Assembly: GCF_009914755.1 (NCBI RefSeq)
Contig: NC_060933.1
From: the human T2T-CHM13v2.0 reference genome, Homo sapiens
Strand: one strand, 5' to 3'
DNA length: 64,000 bases
Of the stretch, positions 30,169 to 47,885 are shown piece by piece (position 1 is the first letter of the stretch; every line of letters starts with the position of its first letter). A program made the position numbers and the translations under genes. A model generated the notes under the pieces. That model ran no database searches, was not told the origin of the DNA, and was given only the letters and a program-made list of their open reading frames with translations.

Positions 30169-33100
30169 TAGTTCTTTAAATATTCCTTCTGCCACTTTTT
30201 TTTTTTTCGTCTCTCCTCTCTTCCTAGAACTAACATTATGGATATTTTTGTATGCTTGGTATCCCACAGGTTTCTTAGGCTCTCTATTTTTCTTTATTAT
30301 TTTTCCTTTATGGTCCTCTGACCTGGGAATCTCATTTGATCTACCTTCAAATCTTCCCTATACCTTTTCAAATCTTCTGAATTCCTCTGGTGAATTTTTT
30401 ATTTTAGTTATATTTTTCTACACCAGAATTTCTATTTGGTTTCTTTTCAAAATTTCTATCTGTTTATGGGTATTCTCTGCTTGGTGAGACATTGTTCTGA
30501 TGACTTCCTTTATTTGTTTGTCTATGATTTTCTTCAGCCATGTTAGTATATTTAAAATAGTTGATTATACATTTTAGATGCGATATTAAAAATATACATA
30601 AAATAAAATAGTTGACTAAGTCTTGGTCTAGTAAATTCAATGTCCAGGCTTTCTCAGGAAAAATTTTTGATAATTTCTATTTGTATTTTTGGTATATGGG
30701 TTATATACTCTTATTTCCTTTCATAACTTATAATTATTTTCTTGAAGAGGGGATATTTTGAATATTATTATGTAACAACTCTCAGGATCATGTTCTCCTC
30801 CTCCCCAGAGGTTTATGTTCTTCATATTGACATTGTTTTGCCTGAGTGTCAAGTGGATTTTCTGCACTAATTTTGTAAAGTCTAAATTTCTTCTTTGTGT
30901 TCCTTAAAATCTCCATTTCATTATATTGTTGGTCAGCTTGTGATTTAATAGTGATTTCCTTAAACTTGTAGAAACAACAACAACAAAACACCAAAACCCC
31001 AGTCTTTGAAGATAGTCTCTGTTTCTGTGTTGGAGCACATGTTTCACATTCAGACAGGAAGACTGCAATTCTGCCTAATGCTTTACTTCTGATTGAGTAG
31101 AGTTCAAGTCACAGTGAGAGCTTGGGGCCTTAACCCATTTTTTCTGAACATGTATGTTGTAGCCTCAGAGGTTCTCAGTAGTATGTGGAAGATTTTTAAT
31201 TCCCTTATTACCAGAAGCATCTAATTTTCTAAGCTTTCCTCCCAAACTTTTAGCTTTGTCTATTGCTTACCCCAACTGTTATCCCTTGCCCTAGGTGGCA
31301 ATGAATAATGCATTTGTTTAAAATATTTTTTTCCTGGTAGCCACTTCAGTACTGGGAGAGTTCAGAGTTCAGTAAAATAAAGACAAGCCTAGTGGTCCTT
31401 CAGGGAGCCAGCAGACGTATCAAAACAAAGTCATACTTTTTTGAAAATGAGATTTATTTTGCTCCCCCTAGTGCTAGGCACCTATAACCTATATCAAAAA
31501 TGAGAATTGTTGTGCTCAAAGTTGCTGCACAGGTGGGAGACGCTGCCCAGAGAAATTAAGACTCCACAAACGTATACTAGCAAGAATCAAGTTTCTTGTT
31601 TTTCTTTTCTTAATTAAGCATTTTCCTGATTACTAAAACCTATGATGAGTTTTTCCAGAGTTCTAATAAAGTTGCTTCTGACAGTGCTTACCAGTTTCTT
31701 CACTTTTTTTATGCAAGGACAGTCTTTTGTAATTCCTTATTCAGCCATTTTCACTGATGTCACCTCAATTTGTTTAATTATTCAGGAAAGTTACTAAAAT
31801 TATAATTGGTTTTATTTATTGTGTTCCTTTGTTTTGTATTTATTCCTGAAAACATTATTACCTATTTTGGATTTTTTTACTACCTTCTGTAATTATTACT
31901 TATCTCAAATCCATTTTTAAAGCAATTTTTCAATTTCTTTTTGATTTTTAAAATTTTCATCCATTTGACTATTTCTATTAAGGCTTTAATCTTTTGTATT
32001 TATTGGTTTTTTTCATTCTCTCTAGTTTGGTTTTCATAACCAGAAATATCCTTTCTAATTATGTCCTGAGTTGCATAGTCTCATTTTGAATTTTGAATAA
32101 TTCTTATTTACCTTCTTTCATGTTTTGTACCAGAGCTTTAATGTGTTTTAGCTATTCTGGAATGATCCTTGGCCATTCAGTTTTGATGACTGATTCAGCC
32201 CCTTTACATCTTTTTAAACACACTTGCACTTACCCACATTTCCAGTAGGTAAAACTCTCCAATTTTAGTTGCTGCACACAACTAAAATCTACACCATTGT
32301 GGTTTTAAATAAATACCTGTTGGTCATTTGGATTTTTTTCCATTCTCAAGTATTTCAGATTCCCACTTGCTTTCTTGTGCTTTCTCCCCTCCAGACAGTG
32401 ATAGTAGGCTGGACTTCTGGCTGTTGTTGTGATTTCTTTTTCCAATTCACTTATTTTGGGGTTCATCAGGCACCTCTTAACTAAATTTTATTAACAGGTT
32501 GCCCATAAATTCCTGACTTTCACATTTAGTTGCTGAGTCTGTTTTTGTCTGGGGATCCAAGGATATTGAAAAACTGTGACCCCTGCCATCACCTTCGCAG
32601 AATCCCCATTCATTCTTATTTGATGTTTATCCATATATTTCATAAACACATCTTAACTAATATTGATAAAGTTAAAAAATAGATTATTGGCAGGTAAACT
32701 GATATGGATTAACCTTCATCAGTTTACCACTATTAACACCAGAGTTCATTTGCAATATTTTATTTTGTACACTGTGATAAGTTAATTTTGATATCACCTG
32801 TCATTTATTATAGATATGAATTATATTTTAATATGTAAAATATATTTCAATATATGGAATATAGATAATATATTTATATATATATGAAATAACATATGAC
32901 CCCAAGATTGATGTATATATATGTGTCTGTACATAGCAAGCTATTTGCTTCCTCTAGGGGGAGCAAAACTTAAAATTATTTTTAAATTTTAAAAGAAATG
33001 TATTGATTCTCATTAATACACTGATATTTTTATAATTTGAGAACAACATTTTCTGCTTTAAATAGTAGCTTTTTATACAAAGTTTTGAATAGCGACATAT

Positions 33101-33613
33101 TTTAAAATGACTAGATATTCATGCACATAAATATTCATCTGGACAAAAAAATTTAAGACTCCAAAGAAATTTTTCAGCTGCTTAGAGAGAATTTTATGGC
33201 TTGACACTGTAGTTTTTCTGTTGCCTTCTTAAATTTTCCCTTATAGTTATATAACCTACTTTATGGAAAAGCTGCCACAGAGTCAGAAAGCTACTAGATA
33301 ATGACAGAAAAAATTGCATAGTTTCCACTTCACTAAGCTCAGAGATGAAAGTTAAATATTGTTTTTGTGTTCTAGTCGTGTATAAACTTACTATCACAGA
33401 ACACACTCTGCCCAAATATTACTATGCTATTTTGGCAATAGCACTGGTAATGTTCTCCACTGAATAGTAAAATATTTCAGAGTCTCTATGAGCTTAATAT
33501 TTCAAACCTTTAAAAACTAAAGGAAAAAGAAATAACTTTAAATAGTTTTGTTAATACAACGACATGAACAGGCTTTGTAATTTTGATTAAGTGTTTTAGA
33601 AAATGTTTCATGG

Positions 33614-33652
33614 GAGATGACTACCTTGAATATGAGATGACTACCTTGAATA
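33614..33652. repeat. Perfect short tandem duplication (period 20)
   Basis: GAGATGACTACCTTGAATA-T-GAGATGACTACCTTGAATA. Confidence 0.92.
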
Positions 33653-34612
33653 CATATGCTCTGGGTTTGATCAGGTTTTTATAAAACCTTGAAAAGCATA
33701 TAACTATGTTTTATCGTAGTGGATTAACTGTCAAGCAAATCACTTGATGTGTTTTGATGTTTTATACAGACCACTATACTGTCTCTTGGGCAGCAATACT
33801 AACAACAGAAAATATGCAGAAACAGAGATTTGTTAAGAACACATATATGCTTCTTGAATTATTCAGGTTTTAAAATGATGCTCCAAGCATACCATTTTCA
33901 ATACTCTGCAATGTGTTCTGTTGACATTTGCTAAAATTTTGTCATGTATTTTTTTCATCTCATAAAAATAAGTGAATATTCAACTTTTCCTTCTTTATAT
34001 TATTTTTGTGAGAAATGAGATCCTTTATGGTGAGACTGTGTCACTACTTGTATTATATTACACTCACTGAACACAATTTTTCTCATTTAAAAAATGAAGA
34101 TTAAAATACATAGAGTTAATAAAATTGCTCAACACTATGTCAAAAATAAGCTAGATTATATAAAAAACATTAGTTTCTTCCATCTTTCCTCTACATAATA
34201 AAATATTTATAACCAATTTTTGCAGTATAATCGTCCTGCACTATAATCTACAATATCTCCCAAAGAGCAAGTCTTTGTTTCTGTGTAGACAGGCATTTGC
34301 ATTTTTTAGACATCTGATTATAATCAGTACTCTATTTATTCTTACTATATAACATTAGGTGCTTCCATAGACTTGTTTACTACCTTTGAAGTTAATCAGA
34401 GAAGGGGTAATTTTGCCAATCAAGTACCTCAGTAGGGTATATCTTAATTTTCTGATTTGTACATCAAAAATTGATCTATCAAAAACAAGCTTTAAATTTG
34501 GTAAAGAAGAAGACGTTATTGTTGCAGATGCTGAAAAACTATATTAAAGAACGTAATCTTCTGTCCTAAAAAAGACGCAAATATCGTGACTATGTAAATA
34601 TGTCTTTCACAT

Positions 34613-34744
34613 GCCAGGCGCAGTGGCTTACACCTATAATCCTAGCATTTTGGGAGGCCAAGGCGAGTGGATCATTTGAGGTCAGGAGTTTGAGACCAGC
34701 TAGACCAACATGAGGAACCCCACCTCAACTAAAATTTAAAAAAA
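34613..34744 (+). mobile_element. Alu left arm only (3'-deleted AluS or FLAM)
   Basis: GCCAGGCGCAGTGGCTTACACC...GAGGTCAGGAGTTTGAGACC, ending at the A-rich linker. Confidence 0.85.
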
Positions 34745-34990
34745 CTAATTTACTTCATAAATTTACCTTTTCTATACAGTTGTTATAAATAGATACAACA
34801 AGACAATATTTAGTCTCTTATGTTTGACTTCTTTCATGTAGCACAACATTTCTGAGTTTTACCCATGACACAGCAAGGGTCAGTATTTGCTTCATTTTTA
34901 TCACTAAATAATACTCCGTTCTATGGATATACCACATATTGTTCATTTATCAATTGATAGGCATTAGATTGTTTCCAGTTTTTGTTTTTC
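34745..34990 (-). mobile_element. Old L1M 3' fragment
   Basis: Contains TATGGATATACCACATATTGTTCATTTATC and GATTGTTTCCAGTT. Confidence 0.7.
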
Positions 34991-37389
34991 AATATTCCAC
35001 TTGGTAGAACTCTCTTAGCATACAGAATTTTCACATCTTATTTCTGTCTCCCTTTCTTCCTTCCTACCTTCCTGCTTCCTTTCCTTCCTTTCTATATTAT
35101 AGCTTTCCAACACAAATTATGAAATCAGCACCAATAAATAAGTTATAGATGTTGCTAATTGGATCCAAACGGGTTATCCACTATTTATAATAAGTAAAAG
35201 TTTAGGTCCTTGGAGTTTATTATAACAAATAAAGAAGGGAAATTAATGCGACTTGGAAAAAAATAGTAATAGAATCCAGAAAGCTAAGTTTATTAAAGAT
35301 TCATTTGCTTATGAAAATAATTCAATTAACAATTATTAGCCTTAAACAGATTAAGCTAATTTTGAGAGTTAAATATCTACCACATATAGATGAACATTTT
35401 TATGTTGACAATTTTCATTCTATACAAAGCAACACACAATTTATTATTGAACAATGTCAAATTTCTAAACTGCAATATCATATAACACCTTTCACAGAAA
35501 ATGCCATAAAACTAAATTGCATCATTTCTTAAGTAAAGATAGAGGAAGACTAATTGCTTTAGAAGGGCTATGAAGGCCAACATAGATAATATAATTGGAT
35601 TTCTAATTAATTTAATTTGTTTTACAATTACCATAGATAAATTGCTATTACCACAATTCTTTTTTGTTGTTAAAAATTTAAAGTGATATAATTTATCTCT
35701 AATAAATGAGAGATAAAGTAATTGACTTTTATAAAATACATTACTATCTATTCCCCCTAGAGACATATATAAAAACAAGTGAAGTTTTAGATACTGTTGT
35801 ACAAATCTGCTTGGGTTATGTAGAATTTTAGTGAACTTTCAGGGAATTCCAGATGAAGATCATAGAATAGTATCCTTATTAGGATAGACAATACTCATGC
35901 TCTTTTTCTAATTCAGAAAGTTGATACTAATATTTATAATAATCATTATGGATTGAGGTAAATTTGTTTGGGTGAGAGGGTGTAGCCTCAACAGGAGTCT
36001 GAGCAATGATTGTATTGGTCAGAAATGAGACCTACAGGATCCCTATGCAACACTCAATCAATTGGCAGAGAGAGAACAATTGCTTTTAGGACATATTAGT
36101 TACATAACTGACGACTGCTGAACACTGTGATTTTAATTCATTAAAATCATTTAAGTTCCATTAATTTTCTTCAGAGTTCCACAGCATTTTTAATGGTAAA
36201 CTTATAGCACTTATTATAGGGCTTTTAAGATTAGATGTTCAATTTTCTAGTTTATTATAATAGATAAAGGTTTGGCTTTTCTGGATATTTTTTGCCTTTT
36301 GGTCAAAAACGCAGATGATAAATGTGTCAAATAGCCATTTTTGGTATCAGTTGTATAAAGGCCAATAATGAGATACATCTTACAAATGTTCTTTAAAAAA
36401 CACCTCTAAATCTTACATATTCTCTTTGCAATTAGAAATAACATTCTTATTTTTGTGTAACTCTTACTACCTAAAGAGAGTTAAAGGGTTTATGAAGAAT
36501 TAAAAAGAGTGAAGAATGAAACATTCATTGTTTCAACAACCCTAGACATTTGAAAATATTTCAGGAGCCTAAAGCTGATGTAATTACTATTAGAGATCTA
36601 TAAAAAGAAATTACACCTGTGTAAAAATCTGAATGTCAGTAAAATGCCTCTGAGTGCTTAAACTATTTCATTTTTCAATCTACGAAACAGAGATAATATT
36701 TGCCACCCACATATCTCAGAGGAATGACATGAAGAAAGTGTTTTGTGCTTTTGTCATATTTAGCCTTCATTCTAATCATCCTATTAACCTGCTTCTTAGT
36801 CATTACAAAGACATCCCTGACAAAGCGACATGTCATTGTTAAAACACATTCCTTTAACTCTCATACTGTACATCTTTGCTCCCAGGAAGAATTTGTGCCC
36901 AAGGATGGTGCTTGACATTTGATTTAAAGGGACTTTTATTTAGGTTTCTACTATCAAGTATTTGAGCCATTTTAACTATTTTACTTACACATACTCTGAA
37001 TCGGGCACCTAACAATAAAGCAAATTTTCTTTAAGAACTTAAATACTTACAGAAGAAATTTCTGTAATGCATCTATTCAGAACTTTTACTTTGAGCTAAA
37101 AGATAAACATCATTCAACAACCATAGTTATAATGCGTAAGTTATATATACTAAATTTACTATTCAGGTGTTACCTAAGAAGAAATTTAAGTATAATAAAG
37201 AACACTTATTTTTTTACTCAACTACACTTTATTTCCTAAAAATTAATGTGTATTGCAAATTAATCTTAACTTTAGGTAGAAAATGGTTTAGTGCTCTTTC
37301 AGATGTTGATGTTAAAGATAATTTTGCTTTAATGCAAGATAATATTACTCATTTTTGGTTTGGCAGAAAATACTACTTGTCTCAAAATA

Positions 37390-37766
37390 TCCAATTTCTT
37401 TTCTTCTCATATATACAGGCAGACTAAAATTCTCAAGATTCCTATGCAGTCGAGTTTTACCATATGACTGAGTTCCAACAAAGAAATATGAGTAGAAGAT
37501 TGTATAAGCATCATTTTTGACCCAGGGCTTTAAGAAGCAGGTATGTCCACTGACTATTATTTTTTCTTTTCCACTGCTTATATATCAACACGTCTGTAAG
37601 AGATGCTAAAACCACAGATAGTCGACTGGCTACTTGAATCAGACTCAGGCTGGGAAAACTCATGTTGAATGGTAATGTGAGTATGAAATAAACTTCTATT
37701 TTGTTTTAGACATAATACACCTTTGGTGCTAATTGTACTGCAGCTTAGTCCACTCTAATATAACAG
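37390..37766 (+). mobile_element. Old MLT1 MaLR LTR
   Basis: 3' end ATGTGAGTATGAAATAAACTTCTATTTTGTT...TGTACTGCAGCTTAGTC...TAACA. Confidence 0.55.
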
Positions 37767-39128
37767 TGTAATAATTATTTCTTTTTTATTTGGACTTTAA
37801 AATAATTGAATAATGAATGCAAACTTAGCATTGATATTAACTTATTAATATTACTGTTACTTAAACACAAGACAATGATTATTACTAATGACAATGTAGC
37901 AAAATCTGAATCATAAAGACAGCAAACATAAAGGCATGCAAGCTTAACCATCAAGTTAGCAATATTCTTATAATGTGAGCAGCAGGAGCATATCCATGGT
38001 TCTCCTTATTTTATAAACAGAAATCAAGTATAAAGTATGTGGTTGCTTATAAGTCTTTGAAGGGAATGAGATTTTATCCAGCTTCTTAGAAATAAGCACA
38101 TGAGCACTGACTTGATTCTCTGAAGCTCTCATAGATGATAAAAGATAAATGTTTCTCATTCCAAAACTCTGGAAATTTGTATTAGATCACACTCCCTCTT
38201 TTAATTAATATGCAAACACATTGCAGCACGATGATATATGTTTTCACATGCACCATCTCATTTGATAGTCCATAACAACTCATATGACACATCAATGTAC
38301 CCTATTTTGAAGAAATACACAATGAAAATCAGATAATTGTATCAATAACCTTAATTCACAGCACTGGAAAGCAACAGAAAAAAAGATTTGGTGGGAGATC
38401 TCCTTGCTTTATGCTGACAATTCTTTCTATATTAATATTTTGGCTGTAGCTTGGAATTATAAACCCTCTGGAATAGAAGAATTTTGTTTCCAGCATATTA
38501 AGTGTATCTCTTGAAAAAAACAAATAAGAAAGCTAAAATTTATTTTAATGTTTTTAAACATTAGTCCCTGGTTTTATAATTAATAACACATCTACAAAGA
38601 TTTTTATTTTTTATTTTTAATCAAGCAAAAATGGGAATCCTGGGATAGAAACAAGTACCAAAATGAGAATGTTTCTTGTGATAATCTACCTAGACTGATA
38701 ACACTGAGATTCCATTTTGACAGTTGTACAAATTGTGGGAAATAATAATTCCTGGAGCCAGTCTGGAAAGAGAATAGCAGGCTCCCACATGAATCTGGGG
38801 CCTTCAAAGTGCTACTCTTTCTGAGAAAATGTTAGTGAAAGAAAAGTTGAATTTCCCAACCCTAGTATATGGTAGGATAAAAAAATCTATTGAGAATTTG
38901 TAAACATAAATAGTTGTCCACAAAGTTGTGTGGCCTGAATTCATTCACACTGTTTAGTTATAAAACATCAAGCAGATAGCTTTGTTTGAAGCCATCTTGG
39001 GATTGTATTGCTTCTAGGCTACTAGCAAAGAAAATACAAACCATTTCTGGAGAAATGTAAGTTTTCTTATATAATAACTTAACAGATAAAGTCCAATGAA
39101 TGTGAATTCATAGCAAAGTAAGAAAATG

Positions 39129-39733
39129 CAATCAATTCTTATTATTTGCAGTAGTTATGCTCCATAAAGTTGCTGTGAACACTGGATTAGCAAATATTGA
39201 ACAATTGCTCCTAAGGGAAATGTGGGGTTAGTTTCCTATGAGCTTGTGGTCATAATGTTTTCATTAACTGATAAATACATCATTTTTTATTATGTATGTT
39301 TCTGTTTAAAGACACCTTAATTAATATATATTGCTAGTTCATTAACATTGAACTCATAGCCGATAAGATGCCTTTTCTCCAGAAGGCACACTAAAATTTT
39401 CGTTTGTTTAGAAGCACTAAAAAACACTTCAGCACTACGCTTGTGGGCCATTTTAAAATGTAAAAAACCATATAAATGTGAAAAATATGGCCCTAAATAG
39501 ACAGCAAAAAAGGTCATTTATTTATAGTAGGAGATCTGAAACAAGAGGCAGAACTTCACTCTGTTTGACCTCAGCTGGGAATCTATCAGGTGACTCAAAA
39601 TTTTTTTGCTACATTGTGAATATACACGAATGACCACAGAAGTGCCATGAGTATTGATTTTAGGGTTACAAATATATTTTAGCAAGTAGATAAATTCACA
39701 ATTACAGAACCCATGATAAATGAAGACCAACTA
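39129..39733 (+). mobile_element. MER82-like TcMar-Tigger non-autonomous DNA transposon
   Basis: Starts CAATCAATTCTTATTATTTGCAGTAGTTATG...GAACAATTGCTCCTAAGGGAAAT. The degenerate inverted terminus ...AATGAAGACCAACTA is followed by TA. Confidence 0.8.
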
Positions 39734-39759
39734 TACTGCCTAGCCCTGTATGCTTGAGC

Positions 39760-43870
<4,111 letters not shown>

Positions 43871-44034
43871 AAAGGGTGATAGGTGTATGAGTGTTCATTT
43901 TATAACCTTTTCCTTTACTGAAAGTCGAAGTTTAAGAGGATATTTACTAAAAAAACGTCTCTGAAATATTGACATATGCAGCACATTTCATTAAAAAGCT
44001 AGCTACAAACAATGAAGATATAGTGTCTGGTTGA

Positions 44035-44360
44035 AACTATGTTCTTCCTTCTACTTGGAATACTTTATCTTTTCCTCTTCACCTAGCTAAATTATACTCA
44101 TCTGAGTTCTCGGTTGCCTCAGAGAAGCCTTTTTGAACTCTTGGACTTGGTTTAGTACCCAAGTACCTGCTTTCATTACACCCTGTAATACTCCAATAAT
44201 GAAACTCAATGAACTTGTTGTTATTTGTTTAATGTATTTTACCCTGATAAATCAAAAACATGAAGCCAGAAGCACATCATTCTTTTTCTCTCTTCAGTTC
44301 TAACACAATGCTAGCCTCACCATCTAGTGATAGATTATTAATTGTATATGTAAAGGAGGG
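44035..44360 (+). mobile_element. L2 3' fragment
   Basis: GTTCTTCCTTCTACTTGGAATACT...CCTCAGAGAAGCCTTT is typical L2 3' sequence. Confidence 0.6.
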
Positions 44361-46579
44361 AAGAAAGGAAGAAAAGGAGGGATGTTATTCTCTATTAGTT
44401 TTGCTGCATGGGAACCCCAGAGAATATCCTGGCATTACTTTGAGACCTATGGGGATTCCAGTGTATTGGAAGAGTAGGAGTGTTGCTGGAAATGAGGATG
44501 CGTAATGCTCCTTCAGGAAGCCAACACCAGAGAGAAGAAATGATGCCTGCCATATAATGACAGGACTTACTCAAGAGCCATTATGGGATGCCACTTACGG
44601 ACTTCTATAAATCATTGGGTTAAGGGAGGCCACTTTGCAGGGACCAGAGTCCCTGAAGTAAATACAATTATATAAAATAGTAAAAAATAAGGGTTATTAT
44701 TGTCCCATTCATCCAAATTCTTAAACTCAGGCTGATATGGCGTAAGCAAACATAGACTACAATATAAAACACAACAGTGACTTATAATACTCAGGGCATA
44801 AGGTATGTGCCATCCAGATTACCAAGATTTTTTTTTATTCGTGACATGATAAGAGCCTTTGTATATACAGAAACTAACTTCAGAATTGACTATGTCACGA
44901 GTAGTTAGAAAGTAAGGCCACAAACAAGCAAACAAACAAAAAACTGCTGAACTTAATAAAAACACAGAAATTACAGAAGACGGGGAGAGGCACATCTGCT
45001 CCAGAAGGAATTTTCAATGAACAGCAAGAAAAAGAAAAAAGCTTCACCCTGAAGATTTTTAAGCCTGGCAGAGAATAAACACAACCATTACCCAAGTTCA
45101 CAGCTGTAACCTTGGGGAGCTGAACTGGAACACAGAACAGTTGCCACCTGCACAGCTGAAGAAAGACTAATAGCAGGAACTTAACATCAGATCGGTGATT
45201 TCTTGGCTGCAGAAAAGGTGGCATCTTTCATAAAGCAAGCTGTTTTCCTGCTTTTAGTGACTCCAATTCTACTGAAGATTGTTGTTTTATAATGGAGAAA
45301 AACCCTTGCTGGCAACATTGCCTATATACTGATCTGTCATAAAAGACTCTAACAGATGTTTGTGCCCAGTCTCCCCTGTGACAGAATATTCATTGTGGGT
45401 AATGTTTGCAGCACATTCTGCCCACGAGAAGATACCAGTGATGCATTTCTCCCAAACAACAAGCATTTTGTGCAAATATCCAGCACATCTCTGAAGATTG
45501 TTAATCCACCACCTTTCATTAAGTAAAATTCACATTCAACAGTTTACAGAATAAGGGAGAAAATGGGAAAATAAATTGTAAATTCCTTTTCCTTGGCAAG
45601 CAACCAGATTGCAGTATTGCAATTAGAATTTTCCCCAATATTAATTTGTTTTTTTTTTTGAGAAAACCGATAGTTGTCTTGTAGAACTTTCCATATTCTA
45701 TTCTCAAAAAATTATTTCCTCATGATTCAGTTATGATTATACATTTTTGGCAAGAAACTATTGGTGAACTGTCTTTTATTGCATTGTGTCATGAGAAATG
45801 TGACATCAGGTTACCCCACTATTGTTGATGTCACCTTTAATCACTTAAAATGGTGAGTGCGAGATTTACATATCTCTTCATTGTAAAGATACATTTCTCT
45901 TTGGAATAAGTAGGTGAGAGGAAGGTGCCATGAAAGGCACAGTTTAAACAATTGAATATAGTGGTTGAGACTGAGGCAGAGAGACAAATTGGGCAATTGT
46001 TATAGTAATCCATGCAAGAAATTATCAGAGACTAAAAGAGTGGTGGCGAGGTAGAATTGGGTAGAGAGAAAGAATTCCAGAAATGTTAAAGTGGCTGAAT
46101 CAACAGGAACTGTAGAGTGACTAGATATACGAGATAAGGCAAGATTTAAAGAATGTGGAAAGGAGTGTAAGCTAAGTACTAGGTTTGGGGTTGCAAGATG
46201 AAAATAGCGGATTTCTTTTTGGATCTTCTGAGTATAAGATTCTCTGAGGAATTTCAAATGTAAATATCAGTTAGGTATCTGAAAGTAAAGGCGACTAAAA
46301 TTTAAGAGAGGTTACTGTACACACTGTATATTTGCTTAACTTCCTTTTCTATCTTTCCTGATGGATTCCATTTCATGTTGATGGGTGATAATATTTGAAT
46401 AACAATGCATAAAAGTGATATAGTCTGTGTTTGCAGCTCATGTTTATATGTATTCAGAAAGTTTACATTAAATGGCTATGAAGAGATCTCACCAATTTCC
46501 TTTGACAACCCATTGAACCAGCTCTATTTATTATAAAATTCCCATTATAACGGAAATAGACTTTCAGTACCTGACACTT

Positions 46580-47051
46580 CTTTTAAACTTTTATTTTAAG
46601 TTCACGGTTACATGGACAGGTTTGTTACATAGGTAAACTTGTGTCTTGGGGGTTAGTTGTACAAGTTATTGTATCACCCAGTTATTAAGCCTAGTACCCA
46701 TTAGTTATTTTTCCTCATCCTCTCCCTCCTCCCAATCTCCACTCTCTGCTGGGCCCCAGTGTGTGTTATTCTCCTCCTTTGTGTCCATGTATTCTCATTA
46801 TTTAGCTCCCACATATGAGAACATGCAGTATTTGGTTTTTTTTTCCTGTGATAGTTTGCTAAGGATAATGGCCTCCAGCTCCATCTACGTTCCTACAAAG
46901 GGCGTGATCTCATTCTCTTTATGGTTGCATAGTATTCCATGGTGTATATATACCACATTTTCTTTATACAGTCGATCACTAATGAGTGTTTAGGTTGATT
47001 CCATGCCTTTGCTTTCGTGAATAGTGCAGAAATGAACATATGCATTTATAT
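46580..47051 (-). mobile_element. L1PA13-16-like 3' fragment
   Basis: 3' UTR TTATTAAGCCTAGTACCCATTAGTTATTTTT. Perfect 12-bp TSD TACCTGACACTT at 46568-46579 and 47052-47063. Confidence 0.9.
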
Positions 47052-47689
47052 TACCTGACACTTTAAATGTTTGCTTGTGTTTCTACCACTTCATTGTCTT
47101 CTTAGATAAATCTATGCATATATGTTTATCACATTTTACACAAATAGAAGAATGTGCTGTCCTTACTGATATCTGTATTCCAAGAATCAACAACAAATGG
47201 ACATTTTATCCATTGTCTTACATCTCTTATTCTGTGGATGTTTCACACAGTTAATTCTAACACAATGGGAAAACTTCCAAAATATATGATTCATTTAATT
47301 TAAACAAAGCTTGGAAAACACAACTGAGGAAAGAGGTTTGTTTTCTGATGACAGAGGTAGTTCAAAGAAGGTGTTAATTATTGTAAATTTTGGGACTTAA
47401 ATTGCAACCTAATCCATTGGTTATTGAAACTCAGAACTTGAGTACTCAGTAACTTGAAATGGAATAGAGGTCCTTATGTCTTATTTGTAAAATTTTCATC
47501 TCAATCATTTTATTCTAGTGTCCCATGGTTTAATATTCATCTTATGTCAGAATTAAGTGTTCTGTGATGTTCAACAAATTTGTAATCTCACTGAAGGTAT
47601 AAATCCGGAATTTTACTGTTTCTAGAAACAGTTTAATCACACTGTATATGTTGAAGAAGTTTGGAGTAACATATTGGCCACTTAACATT

Positions 47690-47885
47690 ATCTTATTTAA
47701 TAGTCATTACAATTTTTTGAGATAAGCAGTGTAATCCTATATCAAAGACAAATAAATTGAGACTTAGGAGGTCTCAATAATTTACATAATTCCATATAAC
47801 CAATCAGTAAAAAACAAACAAAACAAAAGAAAACAAACTTGGTAGGTCTGCCTCACTCCAAACGCTGGACTCTTCCAGTTCTACC
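47690..47885 (-). mobile_element. MIR fragment
   Basis: ATAAATTGAGACTTAGGAGG...GTCTGCCTCACTCCAAA. Confidence 0.6.
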
